Shown: positions 32,764 to 42,194 of the stretch, piece by piece | Numbering within the stretch: position 1 is the first letter of the stretch | Layout: each line of letters starts with the position of its first letter | Source of the DNA: an uncultured Pelagibacteraceae bacterium | GTDB taxonomy: Bacteria > Pseudomonadota > Alphaproteobacteria > Pelagibacterales > Pelagibacteraceae | Length of the DNA stretch: 64,000 nt | Direction of reading: 5' to 3' | Assembly (NCBI GenBank): GCA_902580945.1 | Contig: CACHML010000006.1 | Coordinates: 16,943-80,942 of the forward strand | Made by a program: the position numbers and the translations under genes | The notes under the pieces: generated by a model | Databases searched by the model: none | Seen by the model: the letters and a program-made list of their open reading frames with translations, nothing else | What the model was told of the DNA's origin: nothing

Positions 32764-32841
32764 TGATTACTAATCTCAAAAAAAAATAAGGTTTTTTCTA
32801 TCAAAATTGAGTGACAAAATGCAAGTTTTTAAATAGCTATT

Positions 32842-32866
32842 AATCTTGACTAAATTAGTCGGGTAT
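32842..32866 (+). promoter_or_regulatory. IscR type-1-like operator overlapping a sigma70-like -35 box upstream of the Rrf2/suf operon
   Basis: AATCTTGACTAAATTAGTCGGGTAT matches 23 of 25 positions of the recalled E. coli IscR type-1 consensus ATASYYGACTRWWWYAGTCRRSTAT. It contains the perfect palindrome GACTAA-A-TTAGTC. TTGACT (32846-32851) can act as a -35 with TATAAG about 16 nt downstream. Confidence 0.6.
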
Positions 32867-32893
32867 ATATAAGTCGCAATAATTGCGGAAAAT

Positions 32894-33319
32894 ATGAAAC
32901 TATCAAGTAAGGGCAGATATGCAGTTATGGCTCTAGCAGATCTGGCTAAATTTAATTTAGATGAGCCTGTTTCATTAAGAGATATATCTCTTAGACAAGG
33001 AATTTCACTTGTCTACCTCGAACAACTATTTTCAAAATTAAAAAAAAATAGAATAGTAAAGAGTGTTAGAGGTAACAAAGGTGGATATATTTTATCTAAG
33101 CAAGCATCAGAGATAAAAATTTCTGATGTATTTATTGCAGTTGATGAAAAAGTAAAAACTATTGGATGTGAAAAACATTCTGTGAGCGGATGCAACGGAA
33201 AATCATCGAAGTGTATTACACACGATCTTTGGGATGAATTAGAGGATTACATAAATAATTTTTTTCAGAAAAAAACATTGAATGATTTAATAGATAAAAA
33301 AATTTCAAATAGATTATGA
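32894..33319 (+). CDS. iscR: Rrf2-family Fe-S cluster regulator (IscR-like)
   Basis: [17 protein letters not shown] winged-helix start. Cys cluster C-x6-C-x5-C ([17 protein letters not shown]). First gene of the suf operon. Confidence 0.85.
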   Translation: MKLSSKGRYAVMALADLAKFNLDEPVSLRDISLRQGISLVYLEQLFSKLKKNRIVKSVRGNKGGYILSKQASEIKISDVFIAVDEKVKTIGCEKHSVSGCNGKSSKCITHDLWDELEDYINNFFQKKTLNDLIDKKISNRL

Positions 33320-34752
33320 GAGATAAACAGGTACAAGATTTAAAAGACTATAAATATGGTTTTTCAACTGATATTGATAATATTAAAGCACCCAAAGGAC
33401 TTAATGAGGATGTGATTAAGTTTATCTCTAATATTAAAAAAGAACCTAAATGGTTACTTGAGTGGAGATTAAAAGCTTACAATAGATTAAAAGTTTTAAA
33501 AGAACCAGACTGGCAGAAACCAAAATACCCAAAGATTGATTATCAAGATTTGTATTACTATTCAGCTCCAAAAAGTTTTAAGGAAAAACCAAAAAGTTTA
33601 GATGAGCTAGATCCTAAGTTGTTGGAAACTTATGAGAAATTAGGAATACCTTTACAGGAACAAAAGAGATTAAATGGAATTGCGGTTGACGCAGTCTTTG
33701 ACTCTGTTTCAGTTGCAACAATATTTAAAGATACTTTAACAAAGCAAGGTATAATTTTCTGTTCGATTTCTGAAGCAATTCAAAAACACCCTGAATTAGT
33801 GAAAAAATATCTTGGATCAGTAATTCCCATAACTGATCACTATTTTGCTACTTTAAATTCTGCTGTATTTACAGATGGATCATTTGTATATGTTCCCCCA
33901 GGCGTAAAGTGTCCTATGGAACTTTCCACATACTTTAGAATAAATGCCTCTGATACAGGACAATTTGAAAGAACTCTAATTATAGCAGATAAAGGTAGTT
34001 ATGTAAGTTATTTAGAAGGTTGCACTGCACCAATGAGAGACGAGAATCAGCTACATGCTGCAAACGTCGAATTAGTTGCTTTAGATGATGCAGAAATTAA
34101 ATACTCAACAGTTCAAAACTGGTATCCAGGAGATAAAGATGGCAAAGGTGGAATTTATAATTTCGTTACAAAGAGAGGTCTTTGCCAAGGAAAAAATTCT
34201 AAAATTTCTTGGACGCAAGTCGAAACTGGATCAGCAATAACCTGGAAATATCCAAGTTGTATTTTAAAAGGAGATAATTCTATTGGTGAGTTTTACTCAA
34301 TAGCTATAACTAATAATCACCAAAAAGCAGACACAGGAACTAAAATGATCCACATTGGAAAAAATACAAAAAGCAAGATCATTTCGAAGGGGATAAGCGC
34401 TGGGTATTCAGATATGACCTATAGAGGTTTAGTTGATATTTCAAAAAATGCACAAAATTCAAGTAATTATACTCAATGCGACTCATTATTGATGGGCAAT
34501 AAATGTGGTGCACACACTGTACCCTACATAAAGAATAAAAATTCAGACTCAAACATTGCTCATGAAGCGACAACATCTAAAATTAGTGAAGATCAGCTAC
34601 ATTACTGTCAACAAAGAGGTTTAAATAGTGAGGATGCTGTTGGTTTAATTGTGAATGGATTTTGTAAAGAAGTTTTACAGCAACTGCCTATGGAGTTTGC
34701 AGTCGAAGCACAAAAATTGGTTGGAATAAGTTTAGAAGGAAGCGTTGGTTAA
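33316..34752 (+). CDS. sufB: Fe-S cluster assembly scaffold SufB
   Basis: 478 aa with strong SufB signature blocks ([34 protein letters not shown]). Confidence 0.95.
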   Translation: MRDKQVQDLKDYKYGFSTDIDNIKAPKGLNEDVIKFISNIKKEPKWLLEWRLKAYNRLKVLKEPDWQKPKYPKIDYQDLYYYSAPKSFKEKPKSLDELDPKLLETYEKLGIPLQEQKRLNGIAVDAVFDSVSVATIFKDTLTKQGIIFCSISEAIQKHPELVKKYLGSVIPITDHYFATLNSAVFTDGSFVYVPPGVKCPMELSTYFRINASDTGQFERTLIIADKGSYVSYLEGCTAPMRDENQLHAANVELVALDDAEIKYSTVQNWYPGDKDGKGGIYNFVTKRGLCQGKNSKISWTQVETGSAITWKYPSCILKGDNSIGEFYSIAITNNHQKADTGTKMIHIGKNTKSKIISKGISAGYSDMTYRGLVDISKNAQNSSNYTQCDSLLMGNKCGAHTVPYIKNKNSDSNIAHEATTSKISEDQLHYCQQRGLNSEDAVGLIVNGFCKEVLQQLPMEFAVEAQKLVGISLEGSVG

Positions 34753-35487
34753 ATGCTTAAGATAAATAATTTAAATGCTAAGGTTGAAGAAAAATCTATT
34801 TTGAATGGATTTTCTCTCAATATAAATCCAGGCGAAGTTCATGCGATCATGGGCCCAAATGGATCTGGTAAAAGCACCCTATCAAATATTTTGTCAGGAA
34901 AGAAAGGCTACGATGTTTCTGGAGAAATATTATTTGAAGATAATAATTTATTTGAACTTGAAACTGAAGAAAGGGCACATAAAGGTATATTTTTAGCATT
35001 TCAATATCCTTTAGAAATCCCTGGAGTGAACACAAACATTTTTTTAAAAACCTCATTAAATGCTGTAAGGAAAGCAAGAGGGGAAAAGGAACTCGATGCT
35101 ATTGAGTTTCTTAAATTAGTAAAAGAAAAAGCAAAAGATTTAAAATTCGATGAAGAAAAATTAAATAGACAATTGAATGTTGGTTTTTCTGGAGGAGAAA
35201 AGAAAAAGAATGAAATTTTGCAGATGACTATATTAAATCCGAAACTTTCAATTCTTGATGAGACTGATTCAGGTTTAGATATCGATGCACTTCGTATTGT
35301 TGCTAATGGTGTAAATTCTTTAAGAAAAGAAAATAATTCTTTTCTTATAATAACACATTACCAAAGATTACTCGATTACATAAAACCAGATTTTGTACAT
35401 GTCCTTATGAATGGAAAAATTGTTAAGTCTGGAGGTGCAGAGTTAGCTGTTGAATTAGAAAAGAAAGGTTACAAAAGTTTTAGTTAA
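34753..35487 (+). CDS. sufC: Fe-S cluster assembly ATPase SufC
   Basis: Walker A GPNGSGKST, signature FSGGEKKKNE, Walker B ILDETDSGLD, ITHY H-loop. Confidence 0.95.
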   Translation: MLKINNLNAKVEEKSILNGFSLNINPGEVHAIMGPNGSGKSTLSNILSGKKGYDVSGEILFEDNNLFELETEERAHKGIFLAFQYPLEIPGVNTNIFLKTSLNAVRKARGEKELDAIEFLKLVKEKAKDLKFDEEKLNRQLNVGFSGGEKKKNEILQMTILNPKLSILDETDSGLDIDALRIVANGVNSLRKENNSFLIITHYQRLLDYIKPDFVHVLMNGKIVKSGGAELAVELEKKGYKSFS

Positions 35488-36732
35488 ATGGAAAAACAAT
35501 TAAGAACAGATTTTAAAAAAATAATTGATAGCTCTAATTTTTCTGAAAAAGAAATTATAACAAAAGAAAAGTATTTGAATAAATTTATTCAAAATGGTTT
35601 TCCAGGTAAAAAAAATGAAGACTGGAAGTTTTTAGATCTAAATCAAGCTATTAAATCAAATATTAAGAATTTAGATTATTTTAATGAAAATTTACCAAAT
35701 GAGGTAGATCCTAAAATATATGTAGATGGTCTAGAGCATAATAAAATTGTCTTTATTAATGGAAGAATAGAGAAAATAGATTTCAAATATGAAGAAAGTG
35801 ATAAATTTGAAATTAAAGAACAATTTGACAGCGAGAGTTTACTTAATGATGTAAATTCGCTTGTTGATTTAAACTCAGCATTAACAAATAGATATTATAA
35901 AATTCAGGTAAAAGAACACTATACTGTAAAAAAACCAGTAATTATATACAGTTTAACAACAAGTAAAATTAGTTCAAAAAATATTAATATCAGATTGGAC
36001 TTTGATTTAGAAACTAACTCGGCTCTTAAAATAATAGATTATTCAATCGATAAATCTGAGAATAATTTTGTCAATATTGTTTATAATTTTAATTTAGAAA
36101 AAGATGCAATTCTTAAGAATTACAAATTAGATAAAGAAGAAAATAATAATATTAAATACTCATATAATAATATTAATCTAGATAATAACAGTGTTGCAGA
36201 AAATTTTATCTTATCATTAGGTTCCAGTTTTATAAAAAATGAAATTAATTGTAATTTGAATGGCAGATACTCTTCAGCATTTGTAAATGGTATATTCAAT
36301 TTAGATAATAATAAAAATCATGAAATCAGAACATCTATCAACCATTTAAATGAGAATACTAAAAGTTATCAATTAATAAAAAGCGTTTTGGGAGAAAATA
36401 CAAAGTCAGCATATCAAGGGAAAATATTTGTTAAATCTAATGCACAAAAAACTGATGGATATCAGTTAAGTAAAGCAATCTTATTAAGTGATAATGCTGA
36501 GTTTAATGCAAAGCCAGAACTAGAAATCTATGCAGATGATGTAAAATGTTCGCATGGATCTGCTTCAGGAAGTTTAAATCAAGAATCTATTTTTTATATA
36601 ATGTCCAGAGGTCTTAATTATAAAGAAGCAAAAGAACTTTTAATAAATGGTTTTTTATTGGATGTTGTTGAAAAAATTACTGATAATGAAATTAAAAATT
36701 TAATAAAAAATATTATGGGATTAAAAGAATGA
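35488..36732 (+). CDS. sufD: Fe-S cluster assembly protein SufD
   Basis: C-terminal beta-helix block shared with SufB (PELEIYADDVKCSHGSASG...). Position between sufC and sufS. Confidence 0.85.
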   Translation: MEKQLRTDFKKIIDSSNFSEKEIITKEKYLNKFIQNGFPGKKNEDWKFLDLNQAIKSNIKNLDYFNENLPNEVDPKIYVDGLEHNKIVFINGRIEKIDFKYEESDKFEIKEQFDSESLLNDVNSLVDLNSALTNRYYKIQVKEHYTVKKPVIIYSLTTSKISSKNINIRLDFDLETNSALKIIDYSIDKSENNFVNIVYNFNLEKDAILKNYKLDKEENNNIKYSYNNINLDNNSVAENFILSLGSSFIKNEINCNLNGRYSSAFVNGIFNLDNNKNHEIRTSINHLNENTKSYQLIKSVLGENTKSAYQGKIFVKSNAQKTDGYQLSKAILLSDNAEFNAKPELEIYADDVKCSHGSASGSLNQESIFYIMSRGLNYKEAKELLINGFLLDVVEKITDNEIKNLIKNIMGLKE

Positions 36733-37949
36733 ATATAGACCAAATTAAAAAAGAATTTCCTATTTTTGATAATAAAGTTCAAAATAATGATCTTGTTTAT
36801 CTAGATAGCGCAAATTCCTCTCAAAAACCAAGAATTGTAATTGATAGAATATATGATTTTTATTCTAAGGAATTTTCAAATGTAGGTAGAAGTGTTCATT
36901 ATTTAGCAGTTGCAGCAACAAATTTGTATGAGCAAACAAGAACTTCTGTCCAAAAATATATAAATGCATCTGATAAAAATGAAATTGTTTTTACGAAAGG
37001 TGCAACAGAGGCAATAAATCTTGTAGCAAATACATTTGGCCAAAAATATCTTGATGAAGGTGATGAAGTATTAATTACAGAATTAGAACACCATTCTAAT
37101 TATGTTCCATGGCATTTTTTAAGAAAATCAAAAAAAATAAATATTGAATTTGCTGAAGTAAATGATCAAGGTGAAGTAACATTGGAAGAAATTAAAAAAA
37201 AAATAACAGATAGAACTAAAATTATATGTGTAACACATTTATCGAATGTGACTGGAGCAATACTTCCAATCAAAGAAATTGTAAGCTTTGCTCATTCTAA
37301 AGGTATTCCAGTATTAGTTGATGGTTGCCAAGGAGCACCTCATTTAAAATTAGATATGCAAGATCTAGATTGTGATTTTTATGCGATATCAGGTCATAAA
37401 ATGTATGGCCCTACAGGAATTGGCGTGCTTTATGCTAAAAAGAAATGGTTAGAAGATCTTCCTCCATATCAAGGTGGTGGAGGAATGATAAGAGAAGTGA
37501 AGAAAAAAGGCATATCTTATGGAGAATTGCCAAACAAATATGAGGCAGGAACGATGGCAACCGCTCAAGTAATAGCCTTTAATGAGTCTATTAAATTTCT
37601 TGAAAAAATTGGAATTGAAAATATCGAAAAACACGAAAAAGAGTTACTTGATTATGCTGTTGAACTTTTAAGTAAAAACAATTCAGTAAATATTATTGGC
37701 AACCCTAAAAATAAAGGCGGGGTTATATCATTTACTATAGAAGGTATTCACCCTCACGATATAGCTACAATTTTAGATGAGGACGGTGTAGCAATTAGAG
37801 CTGGACATCACTGTTGTCAAATACTTCACGAGAAATTAGGTTTACCTGCAACTGCGAGAGCATCTTTTGGAGTTTACAATACTAAAGACGACATTGATCA
37901 ACTTAACAACTCAATAAATAATTGCAAAAAAATATTTAATTTAAAATGA
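36729..37949 (+). CDS. sufS: cysteine desulfurase (group II)
   Basis: PLP lysine motif SGHKMYGPTGIG and catalytic Cys in RAGHHCCQ. Confidence 0.95.
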   Translation: MNIDQIKKEFPIFDNKVQNNDLVYLDSANSSQKPRIVIDRIYDFYSKEFSNVGRSVHYLAVAATNLYEQTRTSVQKYINASDKNEIVFTKGATEAINLVANTFGQKYLDEGDEVLITELEHHSNYVPWHFLRKSKKINIEFAEVNDQGEVTLEEIKKKITDRTKIICVTHLSNVTGAILPIKEIVSFAHSKGIPVLVDGCQGAPHLKLDMQDLDCDFYAISGHKMYGPTGIGVLYAKKKWLEDLPPYQGGGGMIREVKKKGISYGELPNKYEAGTMATAQVIAFNESIKFLEKIGIENIEKHEKELLDYAVELLSKNNSVNIIGNPKNKGGVISFTIEGIHPHDIATILDEDGVAIRAGHHCCQILHEKLGLPATARASFGVYNTKDDIDQLNNSINNCKKIFNLK

Positions 37950-38410
37950 ACTTAAAAGAATTATATCAAGAAATTATTTTGGAGCATGGAAAGAATCCTA
38001 GAAATCTAAGAAAAACAGATAATTTTACTAGGGATGCAAAAGGAAACAATCCATTATGTGGAGATAATGTTCATATATATTTAAAACTAAATGATAATAA
38101 TAAAGTTGAAGATATTTCTTTTGAGGGAAACGGTTGTGCAATTACAATGGCTTCAGCATCAATTATGACTGATCTAGTTAGAGGAAAAGAGGAAAAGGAA
38201 GTAAAAGAGATTGTTACAGACTTTTTGGACATGATAAAAGAGAAAGATGAATTAAACACACAGCTTTTAAGCGAAGATGAAAAAACAAAATTAATGTGTT
38301 TATCTGGAGTAAAACAATACCCAATGAGAGTAAAATGTGCAACTCTATCTTGGCATACACTAACTTCTGCAATGAATAATTCTCAAGAAATAGCAAGCAC
38401 AGAAGATTAA
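37946..38410 (+). CDS. sufU: SUF-system NifU/IscU-like sulfur acceptor/scaffold (SufU type)
   Basis: Three conserved Cys contexts: NPLCGD, GNGCAI, VKCATL. Confidence 0.85.
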   Translation: MNLKELYQEIILEHGKNPRNLRKTDNFTRDAKGNNPLCGDNVHIYLKLNDNNKVEDISFEGNGCAITMASASIMTDLVRGKEEKEVKEIVTDFLDMIKEKDELNTQLLSEDEKTKLMCLSGVKQYPMRVKCATLSWHTLTSAMNNSQEIASTED

Positions 38411-38412
38411 TT

Positions 38413-38709
38413 ATGGAATTAAAAGAAAAAGTAATAAATGAAATAAAAAAAATTTATGATCCTGAGATACCAGTAAATATTTATGAGCTAGGATTAATAT
38501 ATGATATTATTATAAATAAAAAACATGTAAGTGTTAAAATGACTTTAACCACTCCAAATTGTCCAGTTGCTGAAAGTTTGCCTAAAGAGGTTAAAGATAG
38601 TATCATGCAAATAGATGAAGTTGACAAAGTTGAGTTAGATTTAGTGTGGGAACCACCATGGGATAAATCAATGATGTCTGAGGCAGCAAAACTAGAATTA
38701 AATTTATGA
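38413..38709 (+). CDS. sufT: DUF59/MIP18-family Fe-S assembly protein (SufT-like)
   Basis: IYDPEIPVNIYELGLIY and TLTTPNCP motifs, 98 aa, within the suf operon. Confidence 0.75.
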   Translation: MELKEKVINEIKKIYDPEIPVNIYELGLIYDIIINKKHVSVKMTLTTPNCPVAESLPKEVKDSIMQIDEVDKVELDLVWEPPWDKSMMSEAAKLELNL

Positions 38710-39041
38710 CAAAACAAATAATCTCATTAAGCGATCAAGCGGCTACTAGGATTAAGGAAATCATGTCATCAGCAAGCAATGACTCAATTGGAGTGAGAGT
38801 TGGAGTCAAATCTGGAGGCTGTGCAGGAATGTCATACGTAATGGAATATACCAATAAAATTAATCCTAATGACGAAGTTATAGAGGATAAAGGAGTAAAG
38901 GTATTTATAGACTCTGCAGCAGTTATGTACTTATTTGGAACAGAGATGGATTATAAACAAGAGGAATTTTCCTCTCAGTTTGTATTCAATAATCCAAATG
39001 AAACTGAAAGATGTGGATGTGGAGAGTCCTTTAAAATTTAA
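38706..39041 (+). CDS. sufA: A-type Fe-S carrier (HesB/IscA/SufA family)
   Basis: GGCAGMSY and C-terminal CGCGESF cysteine motifs. Confidence 0.85.
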   Translation: MTKQIISLSDQAATRIKEIMSSASNDSIGVRVGVKSGGCAGMSYVMEYTNKINPNDEVIEDKGVKVFIDSAAVMYLFGTEMDYKQEEFSSQFVFNNPNETERCGCGESFKI

Positions 39042-39227
39042 TACTATTTATTGGTAATATGAAATAAACCAATATTGTCCTCTTTTATTCATTGTATAAA
39101 TTTTATTATTCTTCTTTTTAATTTTTCTATAGTTTGGCTTCTTAAAACCAATAATATTTTTTAAAGAAGATATAAATTTTGTCATATATTTTAATAACAA
39201 AATTATTTTAAATGAGAATTTCTTATA

Positions 39228-39259
39228 GGGAATACCTGCTATCGCAGCAGGTATTACCC
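39228..39259. terminator. GC-rich hairpin 14 nt past the glnA stop (candidate terminator or RNA-stabilising stem)
   Basis: AATACCTGCT-ATCGC-AGCAGGTATT is a perfect 10-bp stem with a 5-nt loop. It is extendable by GGG/CCC across a 1-nt bulge. No clear U-tract on either strand. Confidence 0.5.
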
Positions 39260-39272
39260 AAAATAAAGCCTT

Positions 39273-40679
39273 TTAACAGCTATAATACATATCGAACTCG
39301 ATAGGGTGCGGCGTATGTTCAAAGTTATGAATTTCTTCATACTTTAACTCAATGTACGCATCTATCTGATCGTCAGTAAATACATTACCTTGTTTTAAAA
39401 AGTTTCTATCTTTATCAAGAGCTTCCATAGCTTCTCTTAATGATCCACAAACTGTAGGAACTTTTTTAACTTGTTTTTCAGTTAATGCATAAAGGTCCTG
39501 GTCAAAAGACTTACCTGGATCAATTTTATTTTTTATACCGTCAAGACCTGCCATTAACATTGATGCAAATGTTAAATACGGATTACCTGAAGCATCAGGG
39601 AATCTAATCTCGCATCTTGCACCTTTTTTGCTTAAAGTTATTGGAATTCTACATGATGCAGATCTGTTTCTTGCAGAGTATGCAAGTAAAACTGGTGCCT
39701 CAAATCCTGGGATTAGTCTTTTATAACTATTTGTAGTAGCATTTGAAAATGCATTTATTGCCTTAGCATGTTTTAAAATACCACCAATATAATAAAGAGC
39801 TGTTTGAGATAGACCAGCATACTTGTTACCAGAAAATACTGGAGTTTTACCTTTCCAAATTGACTGGTGAGTATGCATTCCAGAGCCATTGTCACCTTTT
39901 ACTGGTTTTGGCATAAAAGTAGCAGTCTTTCCAAATGAATGTGAAACCATCTGAACTACATATTTATAAAGTTGAACATTATCAGCTTGATCAACTAATG
40001 TTCCAAACAACATTCCCAGTTCATGTTGACTAGGTGCAACTTCATGGTGGTGTTTTTCAACAGTAATACCTACATCTCTTAGACCTTTCAAGTATTCGCC
40101 TCTCATATCCTGAGCACTATCTACTGGTGGCACAGGAAAATAACCTCCTTTAATACCAGGTCTGTGGCCCATGTTACCATTGTCATATGATTTTCCTGAA
40201 TTATAAGGTCCTTCAGAACTGTCAATTGAAAAACCAGTTTCATTCATATCATTTTTAATTTTTACATCATCAAAAACAAAAAATTCTGGCTCTGGTCCAA
40301 AGTAAGCTTTGTCTCCAATTCCAGTTTTCTTTAAATATGCTTCTGCTTTTTTTGCAATACCTCTTGGATCTCTTTCGTAAGGGTCTTTTTTAACAGCATC
40401 CAAAATATCGCAAAATAAAATCATAGTATTATGCGATGTATATGGATCAATTACCGTTCTACTTAAATCTGGTTTTAATATCATGTCAGACTCATTTATA
40501 GCTTTCCACCCAGCAATTGAAGAGCCATCAAAGAAAACTCCCTCATTTAACATATCCTCATCAACTATAGTTTTGTCCATCGTAAGGTGCTGAAGTTTTC
40601 CTCTTGGATCAGTGAATCTAAGATCAACATACTCAACATTCTTAGATTTAATTTCTTTTAATACGTCCCTAGCGCTCAT
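39273..40679 (-). CDS. glnA: glutamine synthetase type I
   Basis: 468 aa, FDGSSI, KPDL, GSGMHTHQS and NPY motifs. High overall similarity to GSI as I recall it. Confidence 0.95.
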   Translation of the reverse strand: MSARDVLKEIKSKNVEYVDLRFTDPRGKLQHLTMDKTIVDEDMLNEGVFFDGSSIAGWKAINESDMILKPDLSRTVIDPYTSHNTMILFCDILDAVKKDPYERDPRGIAKKAEAYLKKTGIGDKAYFGPEPEFFVFDDVKIKNDMNETGFSIDSSEGPYNSGKSYDNGNMGHRPGIKGGYFPVPPVDSAQDMRGEYLKGLRDVGITVEKHHHEVAPSQHELGMLFGTLVDQADNVQLYKYVVQMVSHSFGKTATFMPKPVKGDNGSGMHTHQSIWKGKTPVFSGNKYAGLSQTALYYIGGILKHAKAINAFSNATTNSYKRLIPGFEAPVLLAYSARNRSASCRIPITLSKKGARCEIRFPDASGNPYLTFASMLMAGLDGIKNKIDPGKSFDQDLYALTEKQVKKVPTVCGSLREAMEALDKDRNFLKQGNVFTDDQIDAYIELKYEEIHNFEHTPHPIEFDMYYSC

Positions 40680-40821
40680 ATTATCTCCTATAAATTTTCT
40701 TGTTCTCTTATCAGTTAAGAAAAGATAAATAATGTCTATAAAATAGATATCAGTTATGCTTAAATTACATGTATATTAACCTTAAAAATCACAATTTTTC
40801 AATCAATCAAGAGTTGTACTT

Positions 40822-41301
40822 ATGACAGCACTTAATAAAGAACCAGTTAAAAGAGCAAAAGAGGCATTAAAAAAATTTAAAAGTGAAATAAAAGTGATTG
40901 AATTAGAACAAACTGCAAGAACAGCAAATGATGCTGCAAATTCATTAAACACTGAGGTTGGTTCGATTGTTAAAAGTTTATTATTTAGAAATGAGGGAAA
41001 TTTTTTTCTTTGTTTAGTATCTGGCGATAAAAGATGTTCGTTAAATAAATTAAAAAAAATTTTTAATAGTAAAGATTTAAGTATGGCATCTCCTGATGAG
41101 GTTAAAGATCAAACAGGTTATACTATAGGAGGAGTTTCACCAGTAGGCCATAAAAGTAAATTAGAAATTCTTGTAGATGAGTCTTTAAATAGATTTAAAA
41201 ACTTATATGCCGCTGCTGGACATCCAAACTGTATTTTTAAAATAAGTTTTGATGAACTGCTTAATTTAACTAATGGAGTGGTTAAGGATATTGTAGAATG
41301 A
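40822..41301 (+). CDS. YbaK/ProX-type aminoacyl-tRNA editing domain protein
   Basis: ~160 aa. IVKSLLF, a GDKR-type segment and GGVSPVGH blocks typical of YbaK/EbsC trans-editing proteins. Confidence 0.8.
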   Translation: MTALNKEPVKRAKEALKKFKSEIKVIELEQTARTANDAANSLNTEVGSIVKSLLFRNEGNFFLCLVSGDKRCSLNKLKKIFNSKDLSMASPDEVKDQTGYTIGGVSPVGHKSKLEILVDESLNRFKNLYAAAGHPNCIFKISFDELLNLTNGVVKDIVE

Positions 41302-42191
41302 CTTCACCCAAAACATCTGATTATTTTATATTAGTTTTGTTGTCTCTAATTTGGGCTTCAGCTTTTTTCAACATTAAAATTGCGACTTACTCTTATGGTC
41401 CAATAACGATAGCATTTTTAAGAATTTTTTTTGGAATGATACCAGTTTTATTATTATGTTTTTATAAAAAAATTAAAATTGAAGTCTTTTCAAAAGATTG
41501 GAAATGGTTTGCTGCAATTGGTATTATTAATTTGGTTATTCCATTTTTTTTAATTGCTTATGGGGTACAAAAAGTCCAAAGTAATTTAGCAGCAATATTA
41601 ATGTCTACCACTCCTATCAGTGCAACTATTTTAGCTCATTTGTTTATAGATAAAGAAAAAATAAATTTAGTAAAAATATTAGGTATAATTTTAGGATTTT
41701 TAGGAATAGTTTATCTTTTTTCCGAAAATCTATTAATTAATGATGAAAATTTATTTTCTGCTTTAATGATATTAGTTGGTTCAACATTTTATGTAATTGG
41801 TGGAATATTAACTTTAAAAATAAGTCATAAAAAAAATGAAAATGTTACTGCATCAATATTAATTTGGGGAACAATATTTGTTTGCCCAATTTCTTTAATT
41901 ATAGAGCAACCTTGGAATTTAAATCCATCATTAGAGTCAACTTTGTCTTTAATATATCTTGGTGTATTTCCTACTGGTATAGCTTGGTTATTGAGATTTA
42001 TGATATTGAAAAGAAACGGTTTAGTTTTTCAAAGCCAAGTCGCTTATTTAATACCAATATTTGGAGTAATTCTTGGATACTTATTTCTTAATGAATTAGT
42101 TACTTCAAAAATATTAATTTCACTATTTATTGTTATACTTGGAATATATTTTGTCAAAAAATCAGGAGACAAAAAAATAGAAGGAATTTAA
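41298..42191 (+). CDS. DMT-superfamily (EamA-type) transporter
   Basis: Ten predicted TM helices arranged as two EamA repeats, 297 aa. Confidence 0.8.
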   Translation: MTSPKTSDYFILVLLSLIWASAFFNIKIATYSYGPITIAFLRIFFGMIPVLLLCFYKKIKIEVFSKDWKWFAAIGIINLVIPFFLIAYGVQKVQSNLAAILMSTTPISATILAHLFIDKEKINLVKILGIILGFLGIVYLFSENLLINDENLFSALMILVGSTFYVIGGILTLKISHKKNENVTASILIWGTIFVCPISLIIEQPWNLNPSLESTLSLIYLGVFPTGIAWLLRFMILKRNGLVFQSQVAYLIPIFGVILGYLFLNELVTSKILISLFIVILGIYFVKKSGDKKIEGI

Positions 42192-42194
42192 ATT

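Noticed and set aside
39030-39185. 51-aa basic ORF (MTKFISSLKNIIGFKKPNYRKIKKK...) on the minus strand in the sufA/glnA spacer.
   Set aside because: No Shine-Dalgarno sequence upstream. Its end overlaps the sufA stop and its composition is what AT-rich non-coding DNA yields. Kept only as a remote possibility under the spacer finding.
40680-40821. Possible glutamine riboswitch or sigma54 promoter upstream of glnA, and a possible TPP riboswitch upstream of thiS (20473-20488).
   Set aside because: I saw no GGAAG-type glutamine-riboswitch core and no GG-N10-GC element. The thiS spacer is only 16 nt.
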